This document shows positions 20,324 through 31,840 of a stretch of 64,000 nt of DNA, piece after piece. Position numbers and translations under genes: made by a program. Source of the stretch: an uncultured Candidatus Sumerlaeota bacterium (GTDB lineage Bacteria > Sumerlaeota > Sumerlaeia > SLMS01); assembly GCA_964437365.1 (NCBI GenBank), contig CAYTGM010000003.1:76201-140200 (forward strand). The letters run 5' to 3'. The notes beneath the pieces were generated by a model, which had not been told where the DNA came from, made no database searches, and saw only the letters and a list, made by a program, of their open reading frames with translations. Within the stretch, counting starts at the first letter, position 1. Every line of letters starts with the position of its first letter.

Positions 20324-20435
20324 AGGAAAACTTACCCCTCAAAGGTAAACAAATTTAATCACCCTGTCAGTGGTCTATCAATGCAAATCCCGTCCCTGAC
20401 AGAATCATAGACGCAATCGGGTGTTAATCTCTCAA

Positions 20436-20479
20436 AAATCAAGAAGCTGCACCCCAGTTCAGGTCGAAGTGCAGCTTCT
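20436..20479 (-). terminator. Intrinsic terminator of hpf/raiA.
   Basis: 11-bp inverted repeat (agaagctgcac ... gtgcagcttct). On the minus-strand transcript it is followed by a U-run (RC of ctcaaaaatca). Confidence 0.65.
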
Positions 20480-20522
20480 ACTTAGACATATTGTCGCTCC
20501 CCTGGAATTGACTTCAGTCGGC

Positions 20523-20903
20523 TTATGACCCGGTCATTTCCTCCATCTCTTCCAATTCTTCAAAGTCATCTTCAACCTCAGGAGCAGGTTCAAGGACTTC
20601 TGTAGGAATCTTTCTTCTTCGATCGATCATCCGGTTCTTTCTGTTTTTAATCGTGCGTTCTGCAGTTTTGAGGGCTTTATCGAAAGCGCTACCGTAGTTG
20701 CCGTTTTCTCCGGAAATGTGGCAGTCAAAAGGAGCCGCGTGAAAGTCAATCTCGCATCGCCAGGTCTGCTTTTGTTGTGAAAAAACCACTTCAATCTTGT
20801 CGACCTTATCAAAGAATTTTTTCAATCTCCTCGCTTTCTTTTTCACAACCTCTTGAAAATGTTTTGGCAGACTAACGTTACGGGCGGTGATGTTTACGGG
20901 CAT
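20523..20903 (-). CDS. hpf: Ribosome hibernation promoting factor / ribosome-associated inhibitor A (sigma-54 modulation protein family).
   Basis: MPVNITARNVSLPKHFQEVVKKKARRLKKFFDKV...IEVVFSQQKQ...AERTIKNRKNR matches the YfiA/HPF fold pattern. An acidic C-terminal tail follows. Confidence 0.85.
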   Translation of the reverse strand: MPVNITARNVSLPKHFQEVVKKKARRLKKFFDKVDKIEVVFSQQKQTWRCEIDFHAAPFDCHISGENGNYGSAFDKALKTAERTIKNRKNRMIDRRRKIPTEVLEPAPEVEDDFEELEEMEEMTGS

Positions 20904-21280
20904 GAGCAGTCTCCTCGGTTTAATTCGTTTGGAAAGTTTAAGTCGTCCCGGTGATCTACCAGAAAGCTGTTCAGGAGTTTAGTATTATCTCAGTTGATCA
21001 CCCAAAAGAATAAACTTTCGTTACATTAATCATGAATGCACCACTCAGCTCTAGACTCAAGAGAAATGCTATGGAACAAGAAAAAATTCTCAAGGTATCG
21101 CTTTCCGGGTGCAAATCTGTAAAGGAATCTCCTCTTCCCCACCATAACCTGACATTAAGTACATGTTCATAGTAGGTCATAAGGTTCATCCTATTCTCTA
21201 TACGTAATTGACCCCAGAACATTCAGAAAAGTTTAACGGCAGGGTCGTTTTTTCTGTGATCTTCTCATTGCCTCTGACCG

Positions 21281-23578
21281 ATGATGCTCGAGAGTCTTTC
21301 ATCGATCTTCCAGATTCAAATGGCAGATATTCAGCGAGATCTTCGAGGAAGAATCCTTTCTTCACTTATGGCAACCACCTACTCCAGAATTATCAAACGT
21401 CGAACCGGGACCAGGAAAGGTGACAGCAAGCCCAACCTCGTCATTCTGTCAGCTCTCTCTCTCATACCGCTCCTGGCAGTTCTATATCTGCCGATTCCAC
21501 TGATCTCACAATTCGAAGAGATCACCTACGACATCCGAATGCGGCTGAGGAGCCAGGTTGACCCAAGACCCATCGACGATGTGGTCACCCTCATTGGGAT
21601 AACTGATAGAGACACTCAGATATACGATCAGGATCTGTACAGCAGAAGTATTTATACGAAACTTATAAACGAGCTCAGAAGAGAAGGAGCGTCGCAGGTA
21701 GCGATGGATCTCTTTTTCGTTCGTGAACTAGAAAACGACCCTATACTCTCCTCTGTTATGAGAAGCGGAGATATGCCTGTAACACTGGCCTATCACTTTC
21801 AGGACTCGATCTTTAAGGTCAAACCTTCCTCTGACTGCCCAGATGACCTGGCATCCTTTCTGGAGTATGTTAATGCACCAGAAGATCACCCTACTGAGGT
21901 TTTTGGCTCAGCAGTCCTGGATCTGGATGTCTATATGAGTCAACTGGAAGAGTTCTATACTACACTTGACCTGAGTGGGGGAAGTGAAGATCCAGAGCTC
22001 ATTGACCAAACAGAGAATACTCTCACATGGGTGAGATACCTCAGAGATCAAATTCTAGACATCTGCTTTCAAAAGTCGATAGGAAGGCGCTTTCCTGAAT
22101 TAGACAAATTGGATATTCATCAGGCGAAAAACATCAGGATGCTTAGCCCTTCCTTAATGCTGGCAGCCGATTCGATGGGGTTTACGAATGTGGAAAAAGG
22201 GGACAAAGACATTGTCCGATCCGTTCCTCTGCTTTACGAGTACAAAGGGAATTACTTCCCTCATTTTTCGCTCTCGATCGTCTTGAAGCACTTCGGCCTT
22301 TCCTTTGATGATGTTCTCCTGACAAAAAACGGGGACATCGAATTTACGCCATCAGGCACGACAACACCGATCCGTATTCCTATAGATGACCGCGGACACT
22401 ATCTGGTTAATTTCCGAGAGGGAGAGTCTTTCTTCGACCGAAGCCTTTCACTGGACCAGTTTCTGAAGCTCGAAGACAAGAGTGCCTATAATGGCAAGAT
22501 TTCCCTGGTTGGAGAGATGGTTTCGGGAGGACGCGCAACCGATATTGAACCGATCCCGCTTCAGTCGCAGTTCGCTATGGTCGGACTCCACGCGAACATT
22601 ATAGACAATATTATCAAGAGGGATTTTTTGATTCGCTCGCCCGGGTGGCTGAACCTTTTACTTCAGGGAATTATTGCCTTCATCCTTGTCTTTATATACT
22701 ATAGCCAACCGTTTAACAGGGCGCTTCGCTTTACGCTTCTCTTCATTATTGTTCTTACTTTCCTCCAGTACTATGCTTTCCAGACCCTGGGTGTTGTTTT
22801 GGAAACAGGCAGACCTCTTATAGGAATATTCGTTGCCGTTATTGGCTTTTTCTCTTATTTGATCGTTGTCAAGGACCGTGACCGCAGGCTGGTTCGTGAT
22901 GTTTTCCTTAAATCCGTTTCTCCCAAAGTCGGTGAAGAAATCCTCAAGAATTACGAAGATACGGCCATCTGGGGTGACAGAAAAATCATCACTGTTCTGT
23001 TCGTCGATATCCGTGGCTATACATCAATGACAGAGTCACAGCCACCTGAAGTTGTACTGGACCTACTGGATAAGTTCTACGACAGTGCCTCGGAAGCAGT
23101 CTTCAAATATGATGGCCAGGTTAATAAGTTTATGGGAGATGCTGTCCTTGCTTTATTTGGAGCCTTGCCAGAGGAAGAAGAGAACCACGGAGTTCGAGCC
23201 ATCGGAGCCGCCGTCGAACTGCAGAAACTTATCATGCAGTGGTCGGAGTCGAAGGAGTTGCAGGAGCTGGGACTGAAATTTGAAACAGGAACAGGAATCT
23301 ACACGGGCCCAGCAACCGTAGGTCTGGTTGGTCGGCGTCGTATTCGAATTGAATACACTGCTTTGGGAGATGCAGTGAATATTGCTTCCAGGCTGCAGTC
23401 AGCGGCCGACCAGGGAGAAATCATAATCGGAGGCGAAACTATTAACGATGCAGGTGGATCAGCTGCATCAATCTTTTCTGAGATTGGCTTGGAACTCCTC
23501 CCCGCCGAGGCGGTAAAGCTGAAAGGAAAGAAAAAACCTTTGGCAGTCTACCGGGGTCGTGTGAAAGACTCTTCATGA
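21281..23578 (+). CDS. CHASE2 sensor domain adenylate/guanylate cyclase.
   Basis: N-terminal TM plus periplasmic CHASE2-like region, then a C-terminal TM bundle. Class III cyclase catalytic core (ITVLFVDIRGYTSMTE...KFMGDAVLALFGA...GIYTGPATVGLVG...YTALGDAVNIASRLQS). The true start may lie at an internal Met. Confidence 0.85.
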   Translation: MMLESLSSIFQIQMADIQRDLRGRILSSLMATTYSRIIKRRTGTRKGDSKPNLVILSALSLIPLLAVLYLPIPLISQFEEITYDIRMRLRSQVDPRPIDDVVTLIGITDRDTQIYDQDLYSRSIYTKLINELRREGASQVAMDLFFVRELENDPILSSVMRSGDMPVTLAYHFQDSIFKVKPSSDCPDDLASFLEYVNAPEDHPTEVFGSAVLDLDVYMSQLEEFYTTLDLSGGSEDPELIDQTENTLTWVRYLRDQILDICFQKSIGRRFPELDKLDIHQAKNIRMLSPSLMLAADSMGFTNVEKGDKDIVRSVPLLYEYKGNYFPHFSLSIVLKHFGLSFDDVLLTKNGDIEFTPSGTTTPIRIPIDDRGHYLVNFREGESFFDRSLSLDQFLKLEDKSAYNGKISLVGEMVSGGRATDIEPIPLQSQFAMVGLHANIIDNIIKRDFLIRSPGWLNLLLQGIIAFILVFIYYSQPFNRALRFTLLFIIVLTFLQYYAFQTLGVVLETGRPLIGIFVAVIGFFSYLIVVKDRDRRLVRDVFLKSVSPKVGEEILKNYEDTAIWGDRKIITVLFVDIRGYTSMTESQPPEVVLDLLDKFYDSASEAVFKYDGQVNKFMGDAVLALFGALPEEEENHGVRAIGAAVELQKLIMQWSESKELQELGLKFETGTGIYTGPATVGLVGRRRIRIEYTALGDAVNIASRLQSAADQGEIIIGGETINDAGGSAASIFSEIGLELLPAEAVKLKGKKKPLAVYRGRVKDSS

Positions 23579-24429
23579 AATCACGAATGGGCAAACGACT
23601 CATGAACATAAAAACACTTAACGCGCTACTGCTTGCTGTAGTTATTCCAGTGAGTGCGCTCCTCATCAGCTGCGCTGCGGAAGAGCTTCGCATTCCTATC
23701 GGAGCACCGATCAACGAGGCTAACAGAAAGATCCAAGGGTCGTGCATTATCGCCTTTCCCGACAACATCGTTGACCGAACGTATAAGATTAAGCTGGGCA
23801 AGTTATGGGAAGCCCGTAAATACGAGATTAACATCCTGGAAGCCTACAAGGCAGAGACCCACGGCCGCATTCGTGGTCTGTTCTCTGACCCAGGGACGAT
23901 TACGACTCACAAAGGACTGATGCTTCTTCTTGAAGAAACAAATCAGGCACCACTCGAAGACACCGAGGAAATTGAGATGCTCACTTCGGAGGATGAGACT
24001 GAAGCAGAGCTGAGAGATCTTGATACCATCATGAGCGAGCTCAAAGCAGTCGAATCCGGTGAAGAAGTCCGTGACGAAAAAGATAAGAAGAAGTCGAAAG
24101 AAGACCTGATGGACGAAGCGCTCGATGCTACTGGTATCGAAATGTTCGAGCAAAAAGATCTCGATTATCTTCTTCGCTATGAAGATGCACTCCTTGGAAT
24201 GCGGGATAATAGAATGATGGTAAGCTTCCGAGTGAGATTCTTCAATTGGAAGACCCAGGAACTTCTTCTAGACAAACGCTATTCGGGGAGAAGTCAGTAC
24301 TTCGAACCATTCAAAAATGCCAAAACAAATGAAAGAAAAATGGTGGAACTTCTTAAACAAGCCTTCTCGGGACCTATGTCTGAGATGACGAAGGACATTT
24401 ACGAAGCGAGTCATAACTCAAACCTGTGA
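23575..24429 (+). CDS. Hypothetical lipoprotein, 284 aa.
   Basis: Signal peptide with lipobox-like LISCAAEE. Acidic central region. ATGA overlaps with the cyclase upstream and the pseudouridine synthase downstream. Confidence 0.6.
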   Translation: MKSRMGKRLMNIKTLNALLLAVVIPVSALLISCAAEELRIPIGAPINEANRKIQGSCIIAFPDNIVDRTYKIKLGKLWEARKYEINILEAYKAETHGRIRGLFSDPGTITTHKGLMLLLEETNQAPLEDTEEIEMLTSEDETEAELRDLDTIMSELKAVESGEEVRDEKDKKKSKEDLMDEALDATGIEMFEQKDLDYLLRYEDALLGMRDNRMMVSFRVRFFNWKTQELLLDKRYSGRSQYFEPFKNAKTNERKMVELLKQAFSGPMSEMTKDIYEASHNSNL

Positions 24430-25523
24430 AAAATCAAATCGATCAAAACCCAGAGCTTCCGCCACAGGAATTAACGGCGGACGCTGAAAGTATTGGCACG
24501 CGGCTGGACACGTGGCTATCACGCCTTCCCGGTGCACCCTCAAGAAACAGAGTCCAACAGCTTGTTAAAGATGGGCATGTACTCGTAGATGGCCTGAAAG
24601 CGAAACGCAGCTATACGCTCATCGGTCGCGAGAAGATTACTGTGAATTGGCCGCCTCCTGAAGATGACTGGCCATGGCCAGAAGATATCCCCATCGATGT
24701 TGTCTATCACGACGATTCCTTCATCATTGTTAATAAGCCTCCTGGACTGATTACCCACCCCAGTGCAGGCAACCCGGATGGAACCCTGGTAAACGCAATC
24801 CTACATCATTTTCCCGATCTACCTGGAATCAATGGCAGACGCCGCCCGGGAATTGTTCACCGTCTTGATCGCAATACAACAGGACTCATGGTAATTGCTA
24901 AAACAGAAAGGGCGATGAACTCGATCGCGAAACAACTCATCGAACGTATCGTCGAAAGACGCTATCTGGCACTGGCTATTGGAGATACTGAGTGGGAGAA
25001 GAAAACGGTTGAAGCAGATGTTGGTATGGATACGTCGAACCGGCTACGACGTATGATAGACGGGACACACTCTAAATTCGCGCGAAGTCACTTTACCACA
25101 TTAGCACGCTCTCACCAATTCACGCTTGTTCGATGCAAGCTGGACACAGGTCGAACACATCAGATTCGTATTCACCTCAAACATATCGGTCATCCGATCG
25201 TTTGTGACGATACCTATGATGGCCATGTAAACAGATGCCTTGAGCGTCTGACTCCTCAGCAACACAATATCAAACGCCTGTTGATGCACTATCAGCGCCC
25301 CTGGCTACATGCCCATACGTTGAGGTTCAGGCATCCAGAGACTTGGGAGTATGTGTACTTTCAGGCCCCACCACCTCAAGACAGCATAGACGTGATCAGA
25401 GGGATTTTCGGGGATAAAGTTGATGAAATCTGCGGTGAGAGACTCATTGAAGTTCCCGAAAAAGAGAGCCACCACTCAGAGGAAGCAGAGAATCCTAGCC
25501 CAGAACAATCAGAGGAAACGTAA
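24426..25523 (+). CDS. RluA-family 23S rRNA pseudouridine synthase (RluD-like, with an S4 domain).
   Basis: S4-like N-terminus (RLDTWLSRL...VLVDG). Catalytic HRLDRNTTGLMVIAKT motif with the conserved Asp. Confidence 0.85.
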   Translation: MKNQIDQNPELPPQELTADAESIGTRLDTWLSRLPGAPSRNRVQQLVKDGHVLVDGLKAKRSYTLIGREKITVNWPPPEDDWPWPEDIPIDVVYHDDSFIIVNKPPGLITHPSAGNPDGTLVNAILHHFPDLPGINGRRRPGIVHRLDRNTTGLMVIAKTERAMNSIAKQLIERIVERRYLALAIGDTEWEKKTVEADVGMDTSNRLRRMIDGTHSKFARSHFTTLARSHQFTLVRCKLDTGRTHQIRIHLKHIGHPIVCDDTYDGHVNRCLERLTPQQHNIKRLLMHYQRPWLHAHTLRFRHPETWEYVYFQAPPPQDSIDVIRGIFGDKVDEICGERLIEVPEKESHHSEEAENPSPEQSEET

Positions 25524-25854
25524 CTCTGGCTTCTGATCCACCCTGAATTTCCGCACCTCGGCTTCTTTTTCCTTCAACCGATAAAGTCGTCTTCAAGAGA
25601 TCACTCTAAGAGGGCCTCTCGTCGGGTTTTGCCGTCCGATTCCCGGACCTACCTGCATTCAAGTTGCTTTCGGCCTGCATGTTACCTGCATTCGGAAGCA
25701 GGTTGCAGGCAGGCGATAAAGAAGTAAAAGCGAGCTATCATTTGTTTGGGTCCGACCATTTCTTCAGGACAAGTTCTACGAACTGAAGGGGTCTTTAAAG
25801 AGTATTGTGCAATTGGGCCGAAGCAGGGGCTTATACATTAAGGTCTATAAACGA

Positions 25855-25887
25855 CTCCCCTGCTTAGCCTTGGCTGAGCAGGGGAGA
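25855..25887. terminator. Stem-loop between convergent rluD-like and gyrB genes. It is a likely gyrB terminator and possibly bidirectional.
   Basis: ctcccctgct ... agcaggggag inverted repeat ~25 nt downstream of the gyrB stop. Confidence 0.45.
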
Positions 25888-25915
25888 TTCTGTGTAAATT
25901 CATGGTTGTTTTCGC

Positions 25916-28465
<2,550 letters not shown>

Positions 28466-28647
28466 TCATCAGTCACAATTATCTTGGAAATAGCACGGCT
28501 GGAGCACGTTTTTCATCAGGAAAAGCTGCAAGAGTCTGAGGAGGACTTACTTCCCAACCATGAAGAGGTAAAGGTACCCCTCATCGAGCCTGAGGTTCAA
28601 GCCTCAATATCGTTCCAAATCCCTTTTTTTAGAAGGAGAGAAGGGGG

Positions 28648-30309
28648 TTAAATGTCCCTCAGACGATCACCCAGGACATCCTTGATTTCTCGCACGGGAA
28701 TGAGCCCTTCACGAAGGATTTCATAGGGCTCCGTGATAACACTGAGCACCGTAGAGGCAGTTCCCGTTTTACAGGCTCCCGCATCCAGAATACACTCAAT
28801 CTTCGTGTCAAAACGACCATGAACCTGGGATCCATCGGTCGCCGGATTATTCTCGCCCTTGGCGGCATTGATAACTGCAAGGGGACGCTGAACCATCTCC
28901 ATCAGTTTCAAGGGAATGTCGTCGTTGGGTATCCGCACCGCAATGTTTGGTGACTCGCTGACTGTCTTGAGTACACTTGGGTGCTTGGGAAAGATCACGG
29001 TCAATCCGCCTGGCCAGAATTTATCTAATGTGGACTCAATTCCCGGTGGGACCTCTTTCACAAGAACATCCAACATATCCATTGAGTGAATTAAGACGGA
29101 GAGACTCTTTTCCTGACTACTCTGCCCCTTTACTTCATAGAGGCGCTTGACGGCCTCAGAATTCGTCGCATCGGCGGCCAAGCCGTAAACAGTATCCGTG
29201 GGAAATGCAACGATGCCCCCCTCAAGGATCACCATCATCGCGTGAGAGAGAATATCGATATTTGGATCCTCGTGTTCGATGTCGAAGACTTTTGTCTCTA
29301 CAACGGAGAAAGCCTTCTCAAAACCGGGAAGTTTGCTGAGTGACTGATGAAAGTTTGGGTCTACCGGAGTCTTATCAGGATCTTCCATGGGGCCGAGCTC
29401 AGCTTGGAAGTTTTCCCGGGTACTTACGTCTTCAGAAACTCTAGCTTCGGGCACCGATGTCAGATCGTCGTTGGAAGGAGGAGCTGGCAGATCCGATTTA
29501 TCCTCGTGTTCGTTGAGCCAGGGGCTGTCTGGGAAGAGGTTTTCACTGTCATTGCTCAGGCTGGAATCCTCTGTAACATTTTCAGCGTCGGAGATAGAGG
29601 CGTACGGTTCCTGAGGCTCGGGCGTCTGCACCAGGCTTTGCGCCGGTGGGTTATTCGAACTCTGGAAATAGATAGAACCAGGTTTGAGCCGTGTTCTTTC
29701 GCTTGGGATGGCCGGTTCGGGCGTTTCCCCTTCGGACCCGGGATCAGTATCTTCATCACTGTCTCTTCGCGAAGTCATCGTGGCGGGTGAGGTGCGGAGT
29801 GGATCGCAGAGGTCTGGGAATTCGTGGAGAAGATCGGCTCTGGCGGTATCAATCTTCTTCTGGAGATTCAACCGACCATGAGCCAGAACATCTCTGAATT
29901 GCGGGTGCTTGAGGGCAAGAATCTGTGCTGCTAACTGGACAGCATTTTCGCCGTTATTGATTCCCACAACTGCAACGGGAACTCCAGGGGGCTGCTGAAC
30001 CATACTCAGGAGTGCATCCTGTCCACGCAAAGGAGTAGAATCTACGGGTACACCAATGATCGGAAGTGTTGTATAGCTGGCAAGAAAACCTGCTACACTG
30101 GCAGACCCTCCGGAAGCGCAAATAATAATCTCAATGCCTTGTTCTCCCGCCGTCTGAACAAACTCAACGAGTCGGTTCGGCGAGCGATGAGGTGATCCGA
30201 TCTCAAGGATGTAGGGAATGCCCATCACCCGAAGTGATTCCAGTGCTCTGCGCATCACATTGAAATCGGCCCTCGAACCTAAAACAACACCAACCAGTGG
30301 TTTAGCCAT
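28648..30309 (-). CDS. Fusion protein of N5-carboxyaminoimidazole ribonucleotide mutase (PurE) at the N-terminus and L-threonylcarbamoyladenylate synthase (TsaC/YrdC/Sua5 domain) at the C-terminus, joined by a ~170-aa acidic low-complexity linker.
   Basis: N-terminus VGVVLGSRADF...SPHRSP...GGSASVAG...MVQQPPGVPVAVVGI is a PurE-class signature. C-terminus GGIVAFPTDTVYGLAADATNSEAVKRLYEVKGQ...FWPGGLTVIF is a YrdC-like fold. It is a single uninterrupted frame of 553 aa. Confidence 0.8.
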   Translation of the reverse strand: MAKPLVGVVLGSRADFNVMRRALESLRVMGIPYILEIGSPHRSPNRLVEFVQTAGEQGIEIIICASGGSASVAGFLASYTTLPIIGVPVDSTPLRGQDALLSMVQQPPGVPVAVVGINNGENAVQLAAQILALKHPQFRDVLAHGRLNLQKKIDTARADLLHEFPDLCDPLRTSPATMTSRRDSDEDTDPGSEGETPEPAIPSERTRLKPGSIYFQSSNNPPAQSLVQTPEPQEPYASISDAENVTEDSSLSNDSENLFPDSPWLNEHEDKSDLPAPPSNDDLTSVPEARVSEDVSTRENFQAELGPMEDPDKTPVDPNFHQSLSKLPGFEKAFSVVETKVFDIEHEDPNIDILSHAMMVILEGGIVAFPTDTVYGLAADATNSEAVKRLYEVKGQSSQEKSLSVLIHSMDMLDVLVKEVPPGIESTLDKFWPGGLTVIFPKHPSVLKTVSESPNIAVRIPNDDIPLKLMEMVQRPLAVINAAKGENNPATDGSQVHGRFDTKIECILDAGACKTGTASTVLSVITEPYEILREGLIPVREIKDVLGDRLRDI

Positions 30310-30439
30310 ACTTATTCATTTTCAGTCCTCTAGTCTCGACTTTCATGATGGAAAAACCTGATCCGTGCGTAAAGAGATATTCCCATTTCAAGTAACGATC
30401 TCAGGGAAATCACGCCGGTTCAAGAAAGGACTTCAAACC

Positions 30440-31840
30440 CTAAAGGTTAAACTTTTTCATCTGCCGGTAAAGAGTTGCCCGATCGATCCCAAGAATCTCC
30501 GCTGCTTCCTGCTTTCTCCAACCTGTCTCATCAAGAGCATGAAGGACTCTCACTTTCGCCATTTCATCGAGAAAATGAGCGAGAGGTTTCTCAAGCAGGG
30601 GCTGGGGCAGGCGGACCTCTCCGTCATCTGTGGAATGAGTTGCCGGAATAAGCGACCCTGCAGGCTTTTGACTCGAAGTAAGCCAAAGATCCTCAGCTTC
30701 GATTACTCCTTCCCGGGAAAGGATGACAGCCCTTTCAATGGTGTTTTCCAGCTCTCGTACATTTCCTGGCCAGTCGTGTTGAGTGAGGGCTGCAATCGCC
30801 TCCTCACTGAGCGACTTGACAGGAAGACCGTTCTCTTCCGAAGCGATGCGAACGAAATGCTCTGCGAGAAGAGAAATATCGCCTTCCCTTTCTCGAAGAG
30901 GCGCAATATGCACAGGCACAACATTCAGTCGAAAGTACAGATCTTCTCGAAATTCGCCTTCACGAACCCGCTCTTCAAGATCGCGATTTGTTGCTGCGAT
31001 GACTCGGACATCAACTTTGATGGGCTGGTTTCCACCAACGCGGGTAATGACTCCCTCCTGCAGAACGCGAAGGAGCTTCGTTTGAAAGTTGTTTGAGGTT
31101 TCCCCGATCTCATCAAGAAAGATCGTTCCCCCATCAGCTTCTTCGAATTTGCCTCGATGAGTTCTCATGGCTCCAGTGAAAGCACCCTTTTCATGACCAA
31201 AAAGCTCTGATTCGAGAAGCGTCTCAGCAAGGGCAGCACAGTTGACGCGTACGTACGGGTTCGTTGCCCTTGTGCTTCGAAAGTGTACCGCCTTCGCAAT
31301 CAGTTCTTTCCCGGTCCCACTTTCTCCCGTTACAAGGACTGTTGCACGAGTCGGCGCAACTTTCTCAATCATTTGCAGAACAGCTTTCACCTGCTTTGAC
31401 TCACCGATAATATTATCCAGCTGATAGCGTGCGCCAAGTTCCCGGCGCATATACGCATTATCCTGTTTTAACTGTCCGTACTCGGCAGCCCTTTCGATGG
31501 TAAGGCGCAGTTCTTCGTTTTCGAAAGGCTTCATGATATAGTCGAATGCACCGTGTCTCATAGCTTCAACAGCACTCTCGACAGTAGCATGGGCGGTCAT
31601 GATGATGAAAAATACGTTTGGGAACCTTGATCGAACATGGTCGAGAAGATCTTTGCCACTCATGCCCGGCATTTTAAGATCCGAGACGATAATCTCTGCG
31701 GCATAGTCCTGCAGGATCTTGAGTGCTTCATCTCCGCTTGAGGCAGTCCTGACCTCATAACCCCATCGCTCGGCAAGCATTCCCAGCACCTGAGTCATTC
31801 GTGGTTCATCATCAACAATTAACAATCGATACTTAGGCAT
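30440..31840 (-). CDS. Sigma-54-dependent two-component response regulator (NtrC/AtoC family).
   Basis: REC domain with the phospho-acceptor region (LLIVDDEP...VSDLKMPGMSG). Sigma54 AAA+ domain (GESGTGKELIA...ESELFGHEKGAFTGA, GAFTGA motif). C-terminal Fis-type HTH. Confidence 0.9.
   Translation of the reverse strand: MPKYRLLIVDDEPRMTQVLGMLAERWGYEVRTASSGDEALKILQDYAAEIIVSDLKMPGMSGKDLLDHVRSRFPNVFFIIMTAHATVESAVEAMRHGAFDYIMKPFENEELRLTIERAAEYGQLKQDNAYMRRELGARYQLDNIIGESKQVKAVLQMIEKVAPTRATVLVTGESGTGKELIAKAVHFRSTRATNPYVRVNCAALAETLLESELFGHEKGAFTGAMRTHRGKFEEADGGTIFLDEIGETSNNFQTKLLRVLQEGVITRVGGNQPIKVDVRVIAATNRDLEERVREGEFREDLYFRLNVVPVHIAPLREREGDISLLAEHFVRIASEENGLPVKSLSEEAIAALTQHDWPGNVRELENTIERAVILSREGVIEAEDLWLTSSQKPAGSLIPATHSTDDGEVRLPQPLLEKPLAHFLDEMAKVRVLHALDETGWRKQEAAEILGIDRATLYRQMKKFNL

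Noticed and set aside
20904-21280. Sigma-54 (-24 TGGCAC / -12 TTGC) promoter upstream of hpf/raiA.
   Set aside because: Scanned the reverse complement of the upstream 120 nt. No TGGCA-N7-TTGC match was found.
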